The notes: generated by a model not told the origin, from the letters alone. A stretch of 55,178 nt of DNA from Deltaproteobacteria bacterium (GCA_016874915.1 VGSW01000003.1:1-55178), one strand, 5' to 3'. Shown: positions 40,362 to 50,210, counted from the stretch's first letter. Numbers and translations: made by a program.

Positions 40362-41708
40362 ATGTCCAGACGGGGATTAGGAACCGCGGTCATAGTCCTG
40401 GGTCTGGCTGGTATGGCGCTCTTACTGGCTTCAACCAAGGCCCGGGCGGTGCCCAGTTTCGGCCGCCAGTCGGGGATGGGCTGCAACGCCTGCCACACCG
40501 TTTTCCCGGAATTGACCCCCTTCGGCCGCGCCTTCAAGTTGACCGGATACGTTTTTAGCAAAAAGACTGAACCCTACGAATTCCCTCCACCCGTCTCCGC
40601 CGGGGGCATCGTTTCTTTCACCAATACCGGAAAGGCGCAGCCTCCTGGGGTGGCCCCCTTCGAATCCCGGGGCAACGACAACGTGAACGTCCCCCAGGTG
40701 ATCAACGCTTATTATGCCGGAAAGCTCTTCTCCAGAGTCGGCACCTTCTTTCAGGGCACCTATGACGGGGTAAGCGAAAAATTCTTGGTGGATCACGTGG
40801 ACATCCGCTATGCCAACTATGCCAGAATCGGCAGGGGCAGCCTGATTTACGGCTTAACCATTAATAATAACCCCACAGTCCAGGATGTCTGGAACAGCAC
40901 CCCGGGATTCAGTTTCCCCTATGTCTCCTCCAGCGTTGTCCCCGAGCCCATCGCGGCCCCGAAAATCCTCGACGCTCTGGCGCTGCAGGTTGGCGGTCTG
41001 GGCCTTTACGGCTTCTGGAACAACCTCCTATATACCGAAGTGGCCCTGTACCGCACCTCCCGGAACGGGCCGACCCAATGGTTGGGCGCGGGCACCCAGA
41101 TCGAAAATCTGGCGGATGGGGTCATCCCTTACTGGCGGGTGGCCTTGCAACGCACCTGGAAACAGCACTCATTTTCTCTGGGGACTTACGGCCTGGTGGC
41201 CCGCATCTTCCCCGAGGGCCAGACCCGGGGGCTAAGCGACCGGTTTACGGATATCGGCGTGGATGCCCAATACCAATACATCGGCAGCAAGCACATCTTC
41301 ACCGCCCAGGCCACCTGGATTCACGAGGACCAGAACCGGGACGGCAGTTTCGCCCGGGGAGAAGCGGCCAGGCGGTCCGGAAGCCTGGACACCTTTAAGA
41401 TAAACGGCAATTACTATTACCGGAGCCGGTTCGGCACGGTGGGCGGAACCCTGGCGTTCTTTTCCACCACGGGAAGCAGAGACCCGGAACTTTATGCCCC
41501 GGAACCGGCGGAAGGCAGCCGCACAGGACGTCCGGATACCAACGGGTTCATCATCGAGGCCAATTATTTGCCCTGGAATTACAGCAAAATTTCCGTCCAG
41601 TACACCATCTTCACCAAGTTCAACGGCGCTCGCACCAACTATGACGGCTTGGGCAGGAAGGCCTCCGATAATAATACCCTCTTCTTGAACGTATGGCTTA
41701 TCTTTTAA
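40362..41708 (+). CDS. Cyc2-like fused monoheme cytochrome-porin
   Basis: Signal peptide, then AVPSFGRQSGMGCNACHTVFPELTPFGRAFKLTGY, a beta-barrel body and a terminal aromatic residue (VWLIF). Confidence 0.85.
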   Translation: MSRRGLGTAVIVLGLAGMALLLASTKARAVPSFGRQSGMGCNACHTVFPELTPFGRAFKLTGYVFSKKTEPYEFPPPVSAGGIVSFTNTGKAQPPGVAPFESRGNDNVNVPQVINAYYAGKLFSRVGTFFQGTYDGVSEKFLVDHVDIRYANYARIGRGSLIYGLTINNNPTVQDVWNSTPGFSFPYVSSSVVPEPIAAPKILDALALQVGGLGLYGFWNNLLYTEVALYRTSRNGPTQWLGAGTQIENLADGVIPYWRVALQRTWKQHSFSLGTYGLVARIFPEGQTRGLSDRFTDIGVDAQYQYIGSKHIFTAQATWIHEDQNRDGSFARGEAARRSGSLDTFKINGNYYYRSRFGTVGGTLAFFSTTGSRDPELYAPEPAEGSRTGRPDTNGFIIEANYLPWNYSKISVQYTIFTKFNGARTNYDGLGRKASDNNTLFLNVWLIF

Positions 41709-41781
41709 GAAGCGAGGGCTGCTTCGGCTTTAAGGACGCACCGGCTTTACGCATGTCGCCGAACTTCAGCAGAGGTCGGGA

Positions 41782-42501
41782 ATGTTCGATTTCTTTTATA
41801 ATTTTCTCCAAAAAATCGGCTATACCCATCCGCCTCATGCGCCCCTGACCCACATGCCCAACGGCCTGGTGGTGGGAGCATTCCTTTTGGGTCTCATCGC
41901 CCTCCTGGTCAGGCGATCCAACCTGGCAATGTCGGCCCGCCATTGTCTGGTGCTCGCCCTTATTTTTCTATTCCCCACGGTATTGCTGGGCTATATGGAT
42001 TGGCAGCGCTTTTTCGCCGGAGCCTGGCTGTTTCCCATCAAGATTAAAATTGCCTTGTCCGGGGTGCTGCTCGTCCTGTTGGCCATTGGCGTCGCTTTAG
42101 AATATCTGGAGGTGTTAGGACCGAAGTCCAGGCTTCCAATTTATAGCTTTTGTGCCCTTACGGTCATCGCGTTGGGGTATTATGGCGGTCAACTAGTTCT
42201 TGGCGGCAAGTGTCCGGAGCCGCCTCCGGAGCTTTCGGGAGGCGCAAAGTTTTACGAGACCTACTGCGGTGGCTGTCATCCCAATGGAGGAAATATCTTT
42301 AACCCCAAATTGCCGGTGAGAGGGGCCCCCCAGCTTAAGGATTTTGATATTTTTCTTACCTTTAATCGCCATCCCCAACGGCCTGACGGCTCACCTGGAG
42401 TCATGCCCGCCTTTCCGCCGGAAAAACTCTCCGATCAGCAGATGCTGGAACTTTATCATTACATTTTCCATGCCTTTGTAATGACGGAAAGAAAAGAATG
42501 A
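41782..42501 (+). CDS. Inner-membrane DUF2231-like protein fused to a monoheme cytochrome c
   Basis: HPPHAPLTHMP, four TM segments, GYYGGQLV, then CGGCH...MPAF. Confidence 0.82.
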   Translation: MFDFFYNFLQKIGYTHPPHAPLTHMPNGLVVGAFLLGLIALLVRRSNLAMSARHCLVLALIFLFPTVLLGYMDWQRFFAGAWLFPIKIKIALSGVLLVLLAIGVALEYLEVLGPKSRLPIYSFCALTVIALGYYGGQLVLGGKCPEPPPELSGGAKFYETYCGGCHPNGGNIFNPKLPVRGAPQLKDFDIFLTFNRHPQRPDGSPGVMPAFPPEKLSDQQMLELYHYIFHAFVMTERKE

Positions 42502-42640
42502 CCAGGCATACAGCCTGACCGATTGATGACCGCCGGCCAGTGGTTATATTTAAAGAAACATTGGATTTTCAAATGATTCGGTCAGATTGTCTAGGTTAAT
42601 CCTTATGAGAATGGTTAAATTGCCACAGGAGGGAATCCAA

Positions 42641-43042
42641 ATGCGGGGGCTTATTATTTTCGCGATTATGGCTTTGGTCATGGCGCCGGGGATGCCAAGA
42701 GAAGGTTCAGGCCAGCACATGCACCCAGGCACCCACGTTGCCGGCCAGATGGTGCACAGCATGGGCATGATGTCCGAAATAATGAAGGATATAAATCAGA
42801 TGACGAGCGAAGGACGGATGACCCCTGAACAGCAGCGAGAGATCTCCGACATGATGAACCAAATGGGTAAAATGATGCGGCAAATGACCACCCCTCAGCC
42901 TAGACAGATGGAAGAGGAGCAGCATCGCCAGCTTACAAAGATGCAGAAGCGCGTCAAGGCCATGAAAAAACAAGTGGAAAAGCAAAAGAAAAGGCCGGCT
43001 CAGCCGGGGCCGAAGCCGCAGCCGGAGGAGCATAAGCACTAG
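42641..43042 (+). CDS. Exported Met/His-rich helical protein, paralog of 28151
   Basis: GGAGG RBS, signal peptide, MTPEQQ...MMNQMGKMMRQM, ends EHKH. Confidence 0.8.
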   Translation: MRGLIIFAIMALVMAPGMPREGSGQHMHPGTHVAGQMVHSMGMMSEIMKDINQMTSEGRMTPEQQREISDMMNQMGKMMRQMTTPQPRQMEEEQHRQLTKMQKRVKAMKKQVEKQKKRPAQPGPKPQPEEHKH

Positions 43043-43096
43043 AAAAGACCCCCGGTGAATTGACCATGCCGGATTTAATTGCATAAGGAACCTTTT

Positions 43097-43711
43097 ATGC
43101 AGAAAAGCAAGATAATCTGGTTCACCCTGGGCGGGATGTTACTGGGCTACCTCCTTATCCATCCCTTTGCCATGTTGGCCAACACCCTTGGCCCCCGCTT
43201 GCCTCACTTTCCCATGGAATTCCCCTTCTGGGGCCACCATCTGCGAATCTCCTTCGGTCCGGAGATGCTGACCATGGGCATGGCCTTTGCCTTTATGGGC
43301 GGGGTGGCGGGCTTCTCCCTGGGGATTTGGTACCTCCAGAAAGAGCGGCTGACTGCGGAGAGGCTGGAATCCCAGCGACGCCGGGTAGCCCTGGAGACTT
43401 TGCAGGAATTGATGGTCACCCTGGCGCATCACGTACGGAACGCCAATGTGGTGATCGGCGGCTTCAGCGGCCGCCTCATCAAGCAAGCCCCCGATCCGAA
43501 AGCCCAACGCCAGCTGGAAATGATCCAGCAAGCCTCCCGGGAAATCGACGCGGTGATCGCCTCCCTGCAAAGTTTGACGGAAATCGAGCATACCCGGTAT
43601 ATCGGCGCCTGGGAAACGAAGATGATCGACTTGAAAAAAGAGCTGGAAGTCAGGCTGAAAGCTGCGGAAGAGATAAAAGAAACCTTGGATGGAAGCGATG
43701 AACGGCATTGA
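43097..43711 (+). CDS. Two-TM protein with a HisKA-like dimerisation domain and no ATPase domain
   Basis: TM1 ..IHPFAM, TM2, H-box-like VTLAHHVRNANVVIGGF. Confidence 0.7.
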   Translation: MQKSKIIWFTLGGMLLGYLLIHPFAMLANTLGPRLPHFPMEFPFWGHHLRISFGPEMLTMGMAFAFMGGVAGFSLGIWYLQKERLTAERLESQRRRVALETLQELMVTLAHHVRNANVVIGGFSGRLIKQAPDPKAQRQLEMIQQASREIDAVIASLQSLTEIEHTRYIGAWETKMIDLKKELEVRLKAAEEIKETLDGSDERH

Positions 43712-44792
43712 AAAACCGTGGGGCCCTGAACTTCCTGACTCGGATTCACCGGAACGCCAGCGCCTGGATCTACCCAGGCCGCCATCTACCCCCAGGTTTT
43801 ATCCCGTCCTGGGATTGCTCCTCGGAGCGGCGGCCAGCATATTTATAGGCCATCCCTTGGCCATGGTAGCCCTTAATATTCAGGAATACATTAACAACCA
43901 GTCTCCCCTGGAACTAACTCACCGGATTTTACACAGTTACTCGATCCGGATGTGGCCTATGATTTCCCTGTATTTCCTTTCCGGGGCCGTTTTCGGGGCA
44001 GGCTTCGGCAAAATTTATCAAAAGTTGGTGGAAAACCGTCTCCACATCGAGCACCTCTACCAGGAATTCGAATTGCAGGTGGCGAGCCTCAGGCATCATT
44101 ATAAAAATATGACCATTGGCATCCAGGGATTTTCTCAACGCATCAAACGGAAGGTGACCGATCTCACCAGAGATGTAAATCAATGCCATGGACAAGAGTG
44201 CCCCATAGATAATTGCTTTTGTCGGAATCTCCCTGCCTTGGAACGGGATGTGAACACCATGGTGGACACCACCCAACGCCTCAATGAAACCTTGGAAAAG
44301 GAGCTAATATTATTAAAAGTGTTGACTGGCAGCACTTTGGTTCCCCAGCCTCGGGATTTTTATCCCGTTCTTGCGGGGGCTATACAAGATCTGCTGGGGT
44401 TACGTTTTCGAGATAAATTGATTGAGGTTGAGATTAACGGCAAGCCTTATGCCAAGTTCAGCGGCTCTTTAATTTTTAACTTCGATTTGGCGACCATGCA
44501 GGTGATCGTGGAAAATATCTTGAGCAACGCCATGAAGTTTGGAGACCAGGTTCGAGTGGTAACGAAGGAAGTTAATAATAGAGTGGCGATCTCCATCATG
44601 GATAACGGTCCCGGCTTTGAAGTGAGCGAACTGAAAAAACAACTGCTTTCCCTGCGGGAGCGCCGGGAAGCGAAAAGCACCAAGCTGGGATTGAAAGTCA
44701 GCCTTCACCTTCTGGAGAAATGCGGCGGCGCTCTGTACGTCTGGAGTAAACCGGGGATCGGCTCGGCCTTTACCCTGGAGTTTCCCAAATAG
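43689..44792 (+). CDS. Atypical membrane sensor histidine kinase
   Basis: TM1 ..GHPLAM, ASLRHHYKN, ENILSNAMKF, DNGPGF, degenerate G2 (STKLGL), SKPGIGSAF. Confidence 0.8.
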   Translation: MEAMNGIEKPWGPELPDSDSPERQRLDLPRPPSTPRFYPVLGLLLGAAASIFIGHPLAMVALNIQEYINNQSPLELTHRILHSYSIRMWPMISLYFLSGAVFGAGFGKIYQKLVENRLHIEHLYQEFELQVASLRHHYKNMTIGIQGFSQRIKRKVTDLTRDVNQCHGQECPIDNCFCRNLPALERDVNTMVDTTQRLNETLEKELILLKVLTGSTLVPQPRDFYPVLAGAIQDLLGLRFRDKLIEVEINGKPYAKFSGSLIFNFDLATMQVIVENILSNAMKFGDQVRVVTKEVNNRVAISIMDNGPGFEVSELKKQLLSLRERREAKSTKLGLKVSLHLLEKCGGALYVWSKPGIGSAFTLEFPK

Positions 44793-44852
44793 CTTGGGCC
44801 GCCGTTTAACCGATAGACGGTAATGATTCATTATGAAAAAGGAGGATAAATC

Positions 44853-45002
44853 ATGAAGAAAATGGCGATTATCGTAGTGGCGATGGTGTTTGTCCTAACC
44901 TCCGGTATGGCCCTGGCCCAGCAGAAAGGCCCCGGCCAGGCCAAAGAGCACGAGAAGCACCATCCGGCCCAGCAAGGCCAACAGCCTCAGCAGCCTATCT
45001 AA
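44853..45002 (+). CDS. 49-aa exported His-rich peptide (not in the ORF track)
   Basis: AAGGAGG RBS; MKKMAIIVVAMVFVLTSGMALA-QQKGPGQAKEHEKHHPAQQGQQPQQPI. Confidence 0.75.
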   Translation: MKKMAIIVVAMVFVLTSGMALAQQKGPGQAKEHEKHHPAQQGQQPQQPI

Positions 45003-45396
45003 CTACAGGAGTCCTGGGGATGGTGGCCGAGGCCCTTTTCAGACTTTCTTTAATCCCTCAGGCACATCGCCGCATAAGAGAGTTTCAGGTTGCCCCTTGC
45101 AGCACCAACATCTTTTTCAGGTTATAGCAGATCCCCTTCAGCTTGTTTTCCCAGCATCTGCGACCTCCATCCTCTATCTTTAATCGCAGATTAGCATGTT
45201 ATTTCAATATGTTAAAGTAATATTTTCGCTATATTAAAACTATTTTTCAAAGGACTTTCGCAGAGGTCTCAAGTTCATATAAATGCGCATAAACTGTCGG
45301 TAGAAGTTAAAATAGGAGCTAAGGCAATAATCGATAAAGCATTTTTGATTGTGGGAGCCGAGTTTGCCGCATAATCTTAGATAATTCTAAGTAAAA

Positions 45397-45666
45397 ATGT
45401 CTTCACGAGTAAACTTCCGTTTGCTATTGGTGGTGCTTTTCATTGGCCTTACTTCGGTGACTGCCTTTGCTGAACCTGTCCGCGAAGTTGCAGATCCGGT
45501 AAAACCCCCGCAAAATCGGATTGCCACAACCGACACACCGCTTGGAGTCAGCGCCAACCCGGGTGCAAGCGACGCAACGCCGGGAACCGGCATGGTGGGA
45601 CGAGTGATCCAAGAGTGGCTCGGGGCCGGAAAAGACACCGGAGTGGCGAGCTCGGCCAATGAATAG
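45397..45666 (+). pseudogene. 5' fragment of an exported protein (possibly OprB-type porin)
   Basis: Signal peptide ending AFA; runs head-on into a truncated minus-strand gene near 45645. Confidence 0.4.
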
Positions 45667-45893
45667 CCGATCTCCCGGTCCGTGCCCTTAAGCACCAGGT
45701 AACGAACTTGGGGGTATTGGGGGTATTTGTCGGGCGACTTGGGGATGAGCATCTGGTCCTTGACTAGGGCCGATTTCCCAGGAGCCTTGAGGGCTTTGGG
45801 TTTTTCCGCGGCCAGGGCCGCCGTGGGACACATGGCCAACATCCCGATGGCGGCCGTGGCCTTGACAAATTCTCGTCTAGTCAGTTCATTCAT
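45645..45893 (-). pseudogene. 5' fragment of a Tat-exported protein (C45 peptidase-like N-terminus)
   Basis: AAGGAG RBS, TRREFVK Tat motif, VRYLVLKGTDREIGYSLAELA, then loss of plausible sequence. Confidence 0.55.
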
Positions 45894-46259
45894 ACCATCT
45901 CCTTTAATGGTTAAGGCACGATAGGATCTTTTTATTGATAAGTTAAATTGAAAAGAGGAAGCTTTGTTGAGAAAGTCGAGATTTAATTAAATCGGCTTAA
46001 AGTCCAAGGCTCAACGTCAAGGAAAAAACTGTCCGTCAAAGCGGTTCTTGACTTTTAACTCATTGTAATATCTGGCATTCAGGCCGATGGCAAAGGGCGC
46101 AATCAACAACCAGGTGCTGATGGCGGTCACCACCTTGAAGCGGGGCCGGGTGCCGGCTACGCTCCAGCCGCAGAGGAGGCCGGGGAACTCCGCTCCCCCC
46201 TTAAAAATTTTTTAAGGCACGGGGGGCGAAACTTCAATTACAGGTTTTTCACGGTTATC

Positions 46260-46937
46260 CTATCTATCTTCGCGATTATGGACCAGAGCACCGTAAACAT
46301 AGGTCTCCCGGATAGCCCGGTCGTCCGACAGCATCATCTGGACAAACAGCTTGTCGCGCAGAGTCTTGGTGAACTGCATCCTGAACTCCAAGAACGGAGT
46401 ACTTTTTAGGTCCATGATGATGAAATCGGCTTCTTTGCCCACTTCAAAGTTACCGATCTTATCCTCCAGGGACAGCGCTCTTGCTCCTCCCAGGGTAACC
46501 AAGTAAAAGGCTTCAAAGGGGGAAAGTGAATAACCCTGGAGTTGCGCCATTTTATATGCCTCATCCATGGCCCGCACCATGGAAAAGGTATTGCCGGCGC
46601 CCAGGTCAGTTCCCAGGGCAGCTTTCACATTATATTCTTTGGCTTTGGCAAACTTGAACAGCCCGCTGCCCAGAAAAAAGTTGGAGGGGGGACAGGGACA
46701 CAAAACCGCGCCGGTTTCCTTAACTCTGATAAAATCTTCATCGTCCAGGTGCAGAGAATGCCCCAGCAGCGTTTTTTCCCCCACCAAGCCATAGTAATCG
46801 TAAACATCCAAGTAGCTCTTCCTCTCCGGGAACAGTTCCCGCACCCAAGCTATCTCATGCAAGTTTTCGCAGAGGTGGGTCTGCAAATACACGCCGGGGT
46901 ATTCTTTGAGGAGACGGGAGGCGGCCTGGAGGTCTGC
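46260..46937 (-). pseudogene. guaD: Guanine deaminase, C-terminal half only
   Basis: QTHLCEN..EIAWVRELFP, YLDVYD, CPPSNFFLGSGLF, GTDLGAG, GNFEVGKEADF, DDRAI; N-terminal HxH half missing. Confidence 0.8.
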
Positions 46938-47254
46938 TTAAAGGGAAGGACGTCTGACCAGGCGTCCCAATTGAGCAATGAGACAAAACTCGATAAAAGA
47001 TTCCCGGTGCAAGAGGTTAAGACATATCCGCACCAGGTTCATTAAAATATCGATGGATGCCCAGCCAATAATGAGCCAACCGAAAAATGTTACCAGGCAT
47101 GGTGATATTCTATACCATGCCGGACCGCCAAGGTCCCAAAAAGATATTTGAAGGTACAAAAAGGAATCCCAATGATGAGGGCCAGGAATATGGAGGTATG
47201 AAAAAGATTTAACTCAGCTTTCCCGGTGTTGTCCTTCAAAGGTTGCTTCTCCAT
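46938..47254 (-). pseudogene. Frameshifted, truncated membrane protein
   Basis: MEKQ...IGIPFCTFKYLFG continues in another frame as GWLIIGWASIDILMNL and abuts the guaD fragment. Confidence 0.5.
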
Positions 47255-47822
47255 GTTCGCCCCGTTCGCCTGAGATTTCATCATAAAGCAGTTCCTTCTT
47301 ACCATGCTACTGTACTTATACTTCTCCCACTGGAAGTGGAACATTTTGATAAGCACGGATTAAACCGAAATTATGTGGCAACCTTAGCTGTCCAAAAGGA
47401 ATAATTGGAACCTGTTTTCCGGCTTTAACAATTAAAAATGATTCTGTTCTCGAAGGCAACCATTCTTACGGTTAGCAGGAAACCATAATATGTTATGAAA
47501 ATCAAGAGTTTTATAGATTGCTTCCAGACCAAACCACCAACAGACAAGACATTATTACCCTTAAGGTCTAAGAACCCCAGGACAGCATCGCCTGGCAAGG
47601 GTGAACCAGTGTAAAGCGGCGGCTACATGCACATACCACCTCCGGGCATGATAAGAAACCCTGGGCTTCCACCTCCGGCGAATTGATCTTGCTTTGATGA
47701 AAGCTAAGCAAGCATAGCGGATCACTTGCCACTATGTGTAATTTGTAAGAAGTTGCGATATCATGCGTATAATCTGCTGACGCTGTTTTTGGCCTTTCGT
47801 CTTTGCGTCTTGGCGTGGGAAA

Positions 47823-49226
47823 TTATATTTTCCCTCGGGGCATCAGGTTGACCAGAAAATTAACCGCCGCCACTCCCGCGGCTACGGCGAAGGCGCTCTG
47901 AAACGCCGAAAGCTCCAGGCACACCCCCGGGGCCAGGCAGATCTCACCTAAATTAAGCCAGGCAAAAACCGTCACCATCAGGGTGATTCCCAAAAGCGCC
48001 CCCAGGTTTTTCAGCACCGCGTTGGTGCCGGCCGCCACCCCCAGCAGAGAAGGGTTAATGCCCCGCAGCACCTCGTTCAGGTTGGGGGCCTGAAACAGGC
48101 CGAATCCCAGACCGATGAGCGCCAAGCGGGCTGCCAGGCCCGGAGTGGTGGCTTCGGGGCCGGTAAATATTAGGGAGCCCAGGCCCAGGGCGACAATGGC
48201 GGTGCCGGTTCGCAAAATCGTCATATTCCCAAACCGGTCGGCCAAGTATCCCCCCACCGGGGCCACCAGACCGTTGGTGAGGCTCAACGCGGCCAGCATC
48301 AGCCCGGTGTGGCCGGGGGAATAGTGATAGCCCTGCTCCAGGAAAAAGGGGAGGAGAAAGAAGACCCCCATCACCGCGCTGAAGTTCAGAACCACCGCCA
48401 GGGACCCCAGGATAAAGGGCCGGGTGCGCCACAGGTCGGGGTGCAGCAGGGGGGCCGGGTGGCGGCGTTCCAAAAAGATTAGAAAAACAAATAATCCCAA
48501 GGCCAGGGCCATTTTGCCCCAATTGCCGCCGTCCAGGCTCCCCGCGGCCTTCAGACCGCTCAGCCCCAGGATCAGGAATCCTAGGCTTCCCGCCAGCGCC
48601 AGTCCGCCCCAGAGGTCAAAGGCCCGGCGGTCCCAGGGGCCGGGGGCCGGCAGCCGTCTTAAGGACCTGCCCCCAAGACCCAGGGCCAGGGTGCAGATGG
48701 GGATATTGATAAAAAAGATATAAGGCCAGCCCAGATACGCGGTGATCAGGCCCCCCAGGGGCGCGCCCACGCTGATGCCGGTGGCGAACGCAGTGGAAAA
48801 CAGTCCCAACGCCAGGCCCCGCTCCCCTTCGCCGTAAACCGAGGCGATGAGCTTGGGGGCCAGGCCCAGCATCAATGACGCCCCCAGGCCCTGGAGGGCC
48901 CGGGCCGCCACCATCCAGGCCAGGCCGGTGCTAAAGCCGCACAGGGCCGAGGCCCCGGTGAATACCACCAGGCCCAGGAGATAAACCTTCCCCGGCGGCA
49001 GCAGGTCCCCCAGCCGGCCGCTGGTCAAAAGAAACGAGGCGTTCAATAGGAGATAAATCTGAATGACCCAGGAAACCTGGCCCAGGGTGGCATGAAAGTC
49101 CTGGGAAATCTGGGGGAGCGCCACGTTGACGATGCTGGTGTCCAGGGTGGCCATGAAGGCCCCCAGGCAGGACGTAAATAAGATCAACCGGCGGTGAGGA
49201 TGGGCAGGGGAAGCAGCTTGGGGCAT
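47823..49226 (-). CDS. MFS efflux transporter, DHA2 (EmrB/QacA) type
   Basis: LDTSIVNVALP, GRLGD, ARALQGLG, GAPLGG, WPYIFFINIP, about 14 TM. Confidence 0.92.
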   Translation of the reverse strand: MPQAASPAHPHRRLILFTSCLGAFMATLDTSIVNVALPQISQDFHATLGQVSWVIQIYLLLNASFLLTSGRLGDLLPPGKVYLLGLVVFTGASALCGFSTGLAWMVAARALQGLGASLMLGLAPKLIASVYGEGERGLALGLFSTAFATGISVGAPLGGLITAYLGWPYIFFINIPICTLALGLGGRSLRRLPAPGPWDRRAFDLWGGLALAGSLGFLILGLSGLKAAGSLDGGNWGKMALALGLFVFLIFLERRHPAPLLHPDLWRTRPFILGSLAVVLNFSAVMGVFFLLPFFLEQGYHYSPGHTGLMLAALSLTNGLVAPVGGYLADRFGNMTILRTGTAIVALGLGSLIFTGPEATTPGLAARLALIGLGFGLFQAPNLNEVLRGINPSLLGVAAGTNAVLKNLGALLGITLMVTVFAWLNLGEICLAPGVCLELSAFQSAFAVAAGVAAVNFLVNLMPRGKI

Positions 49227-49589
49227 ATAGAAGAATCCCGGCTAAACTCGTGAGCAATTAAGAACCGGTATTTAGAAATAGCAGATTTAGCCTTCTTTTG
49301 GCAAAGCCTTTCTCCTTTGAGCCAACCCGGACCTGGGGCTTACGGTATTTTCGCCGGAGCTAGTTCTAGTTCATTGACAAACGGATTTTTTCATGGTCAT
49401 AAAATTGCAGACCCCGGCCTCTGGGAGGCCGGCCGATTTAAATAACCGGATAAAGTATCTCACAAAAATTGGAAGAGGCGCTCGGGGTAGGGTAGGCCGT
49501 GGGATAAGCATCTCACCTGATCGACCCCGGCCCTCCCTCCCAACCCTCTCCCCCACCCCATAAAGGGGCGATTTATAGGAGAAGAGACC

Positions 49590-50082
49590 ATGGGCAGAGT
49601 GGTGGTCAACCCTAAAGAAGCCAAAGCGCAGTTGGAACAGTTGACCGGAAATTTCCTGAAAAAACTGGAGGGTAGAAAGAAGCCCGACGAAGAGGTCATT
49701 AGAGAAGACCTTAAGAAGGCGGTGGCCACCCCCGCTCCCAAGGCCGATACTTACATGGAACGGCTGCTCAAGTATATCCCCACGGAGGTTGGTGGGGTTA
49801 TACCTCACCCTTTATGGGATGATGGGGGCGGTGCCTAAAAGCCAGAAGAAGGTGCTTCTCTGGATTATCTTCGGCGTCGGGTTGGTGGGAACGCCATTTT
49901 ATTTGCGCCTTGCCGCCTCCGTAACCAAAAAGATGCAACTGCTCATCTCCACCGTGGCCTTTGCTGTCTGGGTGCTGGCCACGGGCGGCGGCCCCTTTGC
50001 AGGTTTTCCCTGGTACCATGAAGTTTACGGTTCCATGGCTTTGATTATGTTTACCTTTCTGGCCCCGATGTATAAAGGCTGA
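49590..50082 (+). pseudogene. Four-TM hypothetical protein split by a +1 frameshift near 49790
   Basis: YMERLLKYIPTEV continues as VGLYLTLYG in another frame (gag gtt ggt ggg has one extra T). Confidence 0.65.
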
Positions 50083-50210
50083 GTTGAGGGAAGCCGCCAG
50101 CAATCCACAGCCGGAAAAGCAGGCAAGAAAGGCAAGGAAGTACATAACAAAAGTCCATATGTCAGGAAAAACTCGACAAATAGAGAAAAATTTATTAAAC
50201 ATATAAGGCT

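Larger units (their letters stand above)
21000..47800. mobile_element. Decayed heavy-metal (Cu/Ag) genomic island; boundaries approximate
   Basis: Metal-resistance cargo, a terminase remnant, truncated genes at both edges, AT-rich patches, and no obvious host heptamer/REP repeats inside. No integrase or att site seen. Confidence 0.45.

Noticed and set aside
40362-41708. Claim that the organism is an Fe(II) oxidiser
   Set aside because: A Cyc2-like motif alone is insufficient. The context is metal efflux, and no terminal oxidase genes are nearby.
45085-45108. ...GCAGCACCA resembling a tRNA 3' end (attR) near the island edge
   Set aside because: No T-loop consensus and no matching partner in the window.
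21000-47800. Intact prophage or active transposon
   Set aside because: Only a terminase fragment; no structural genes, integrase or transposase.
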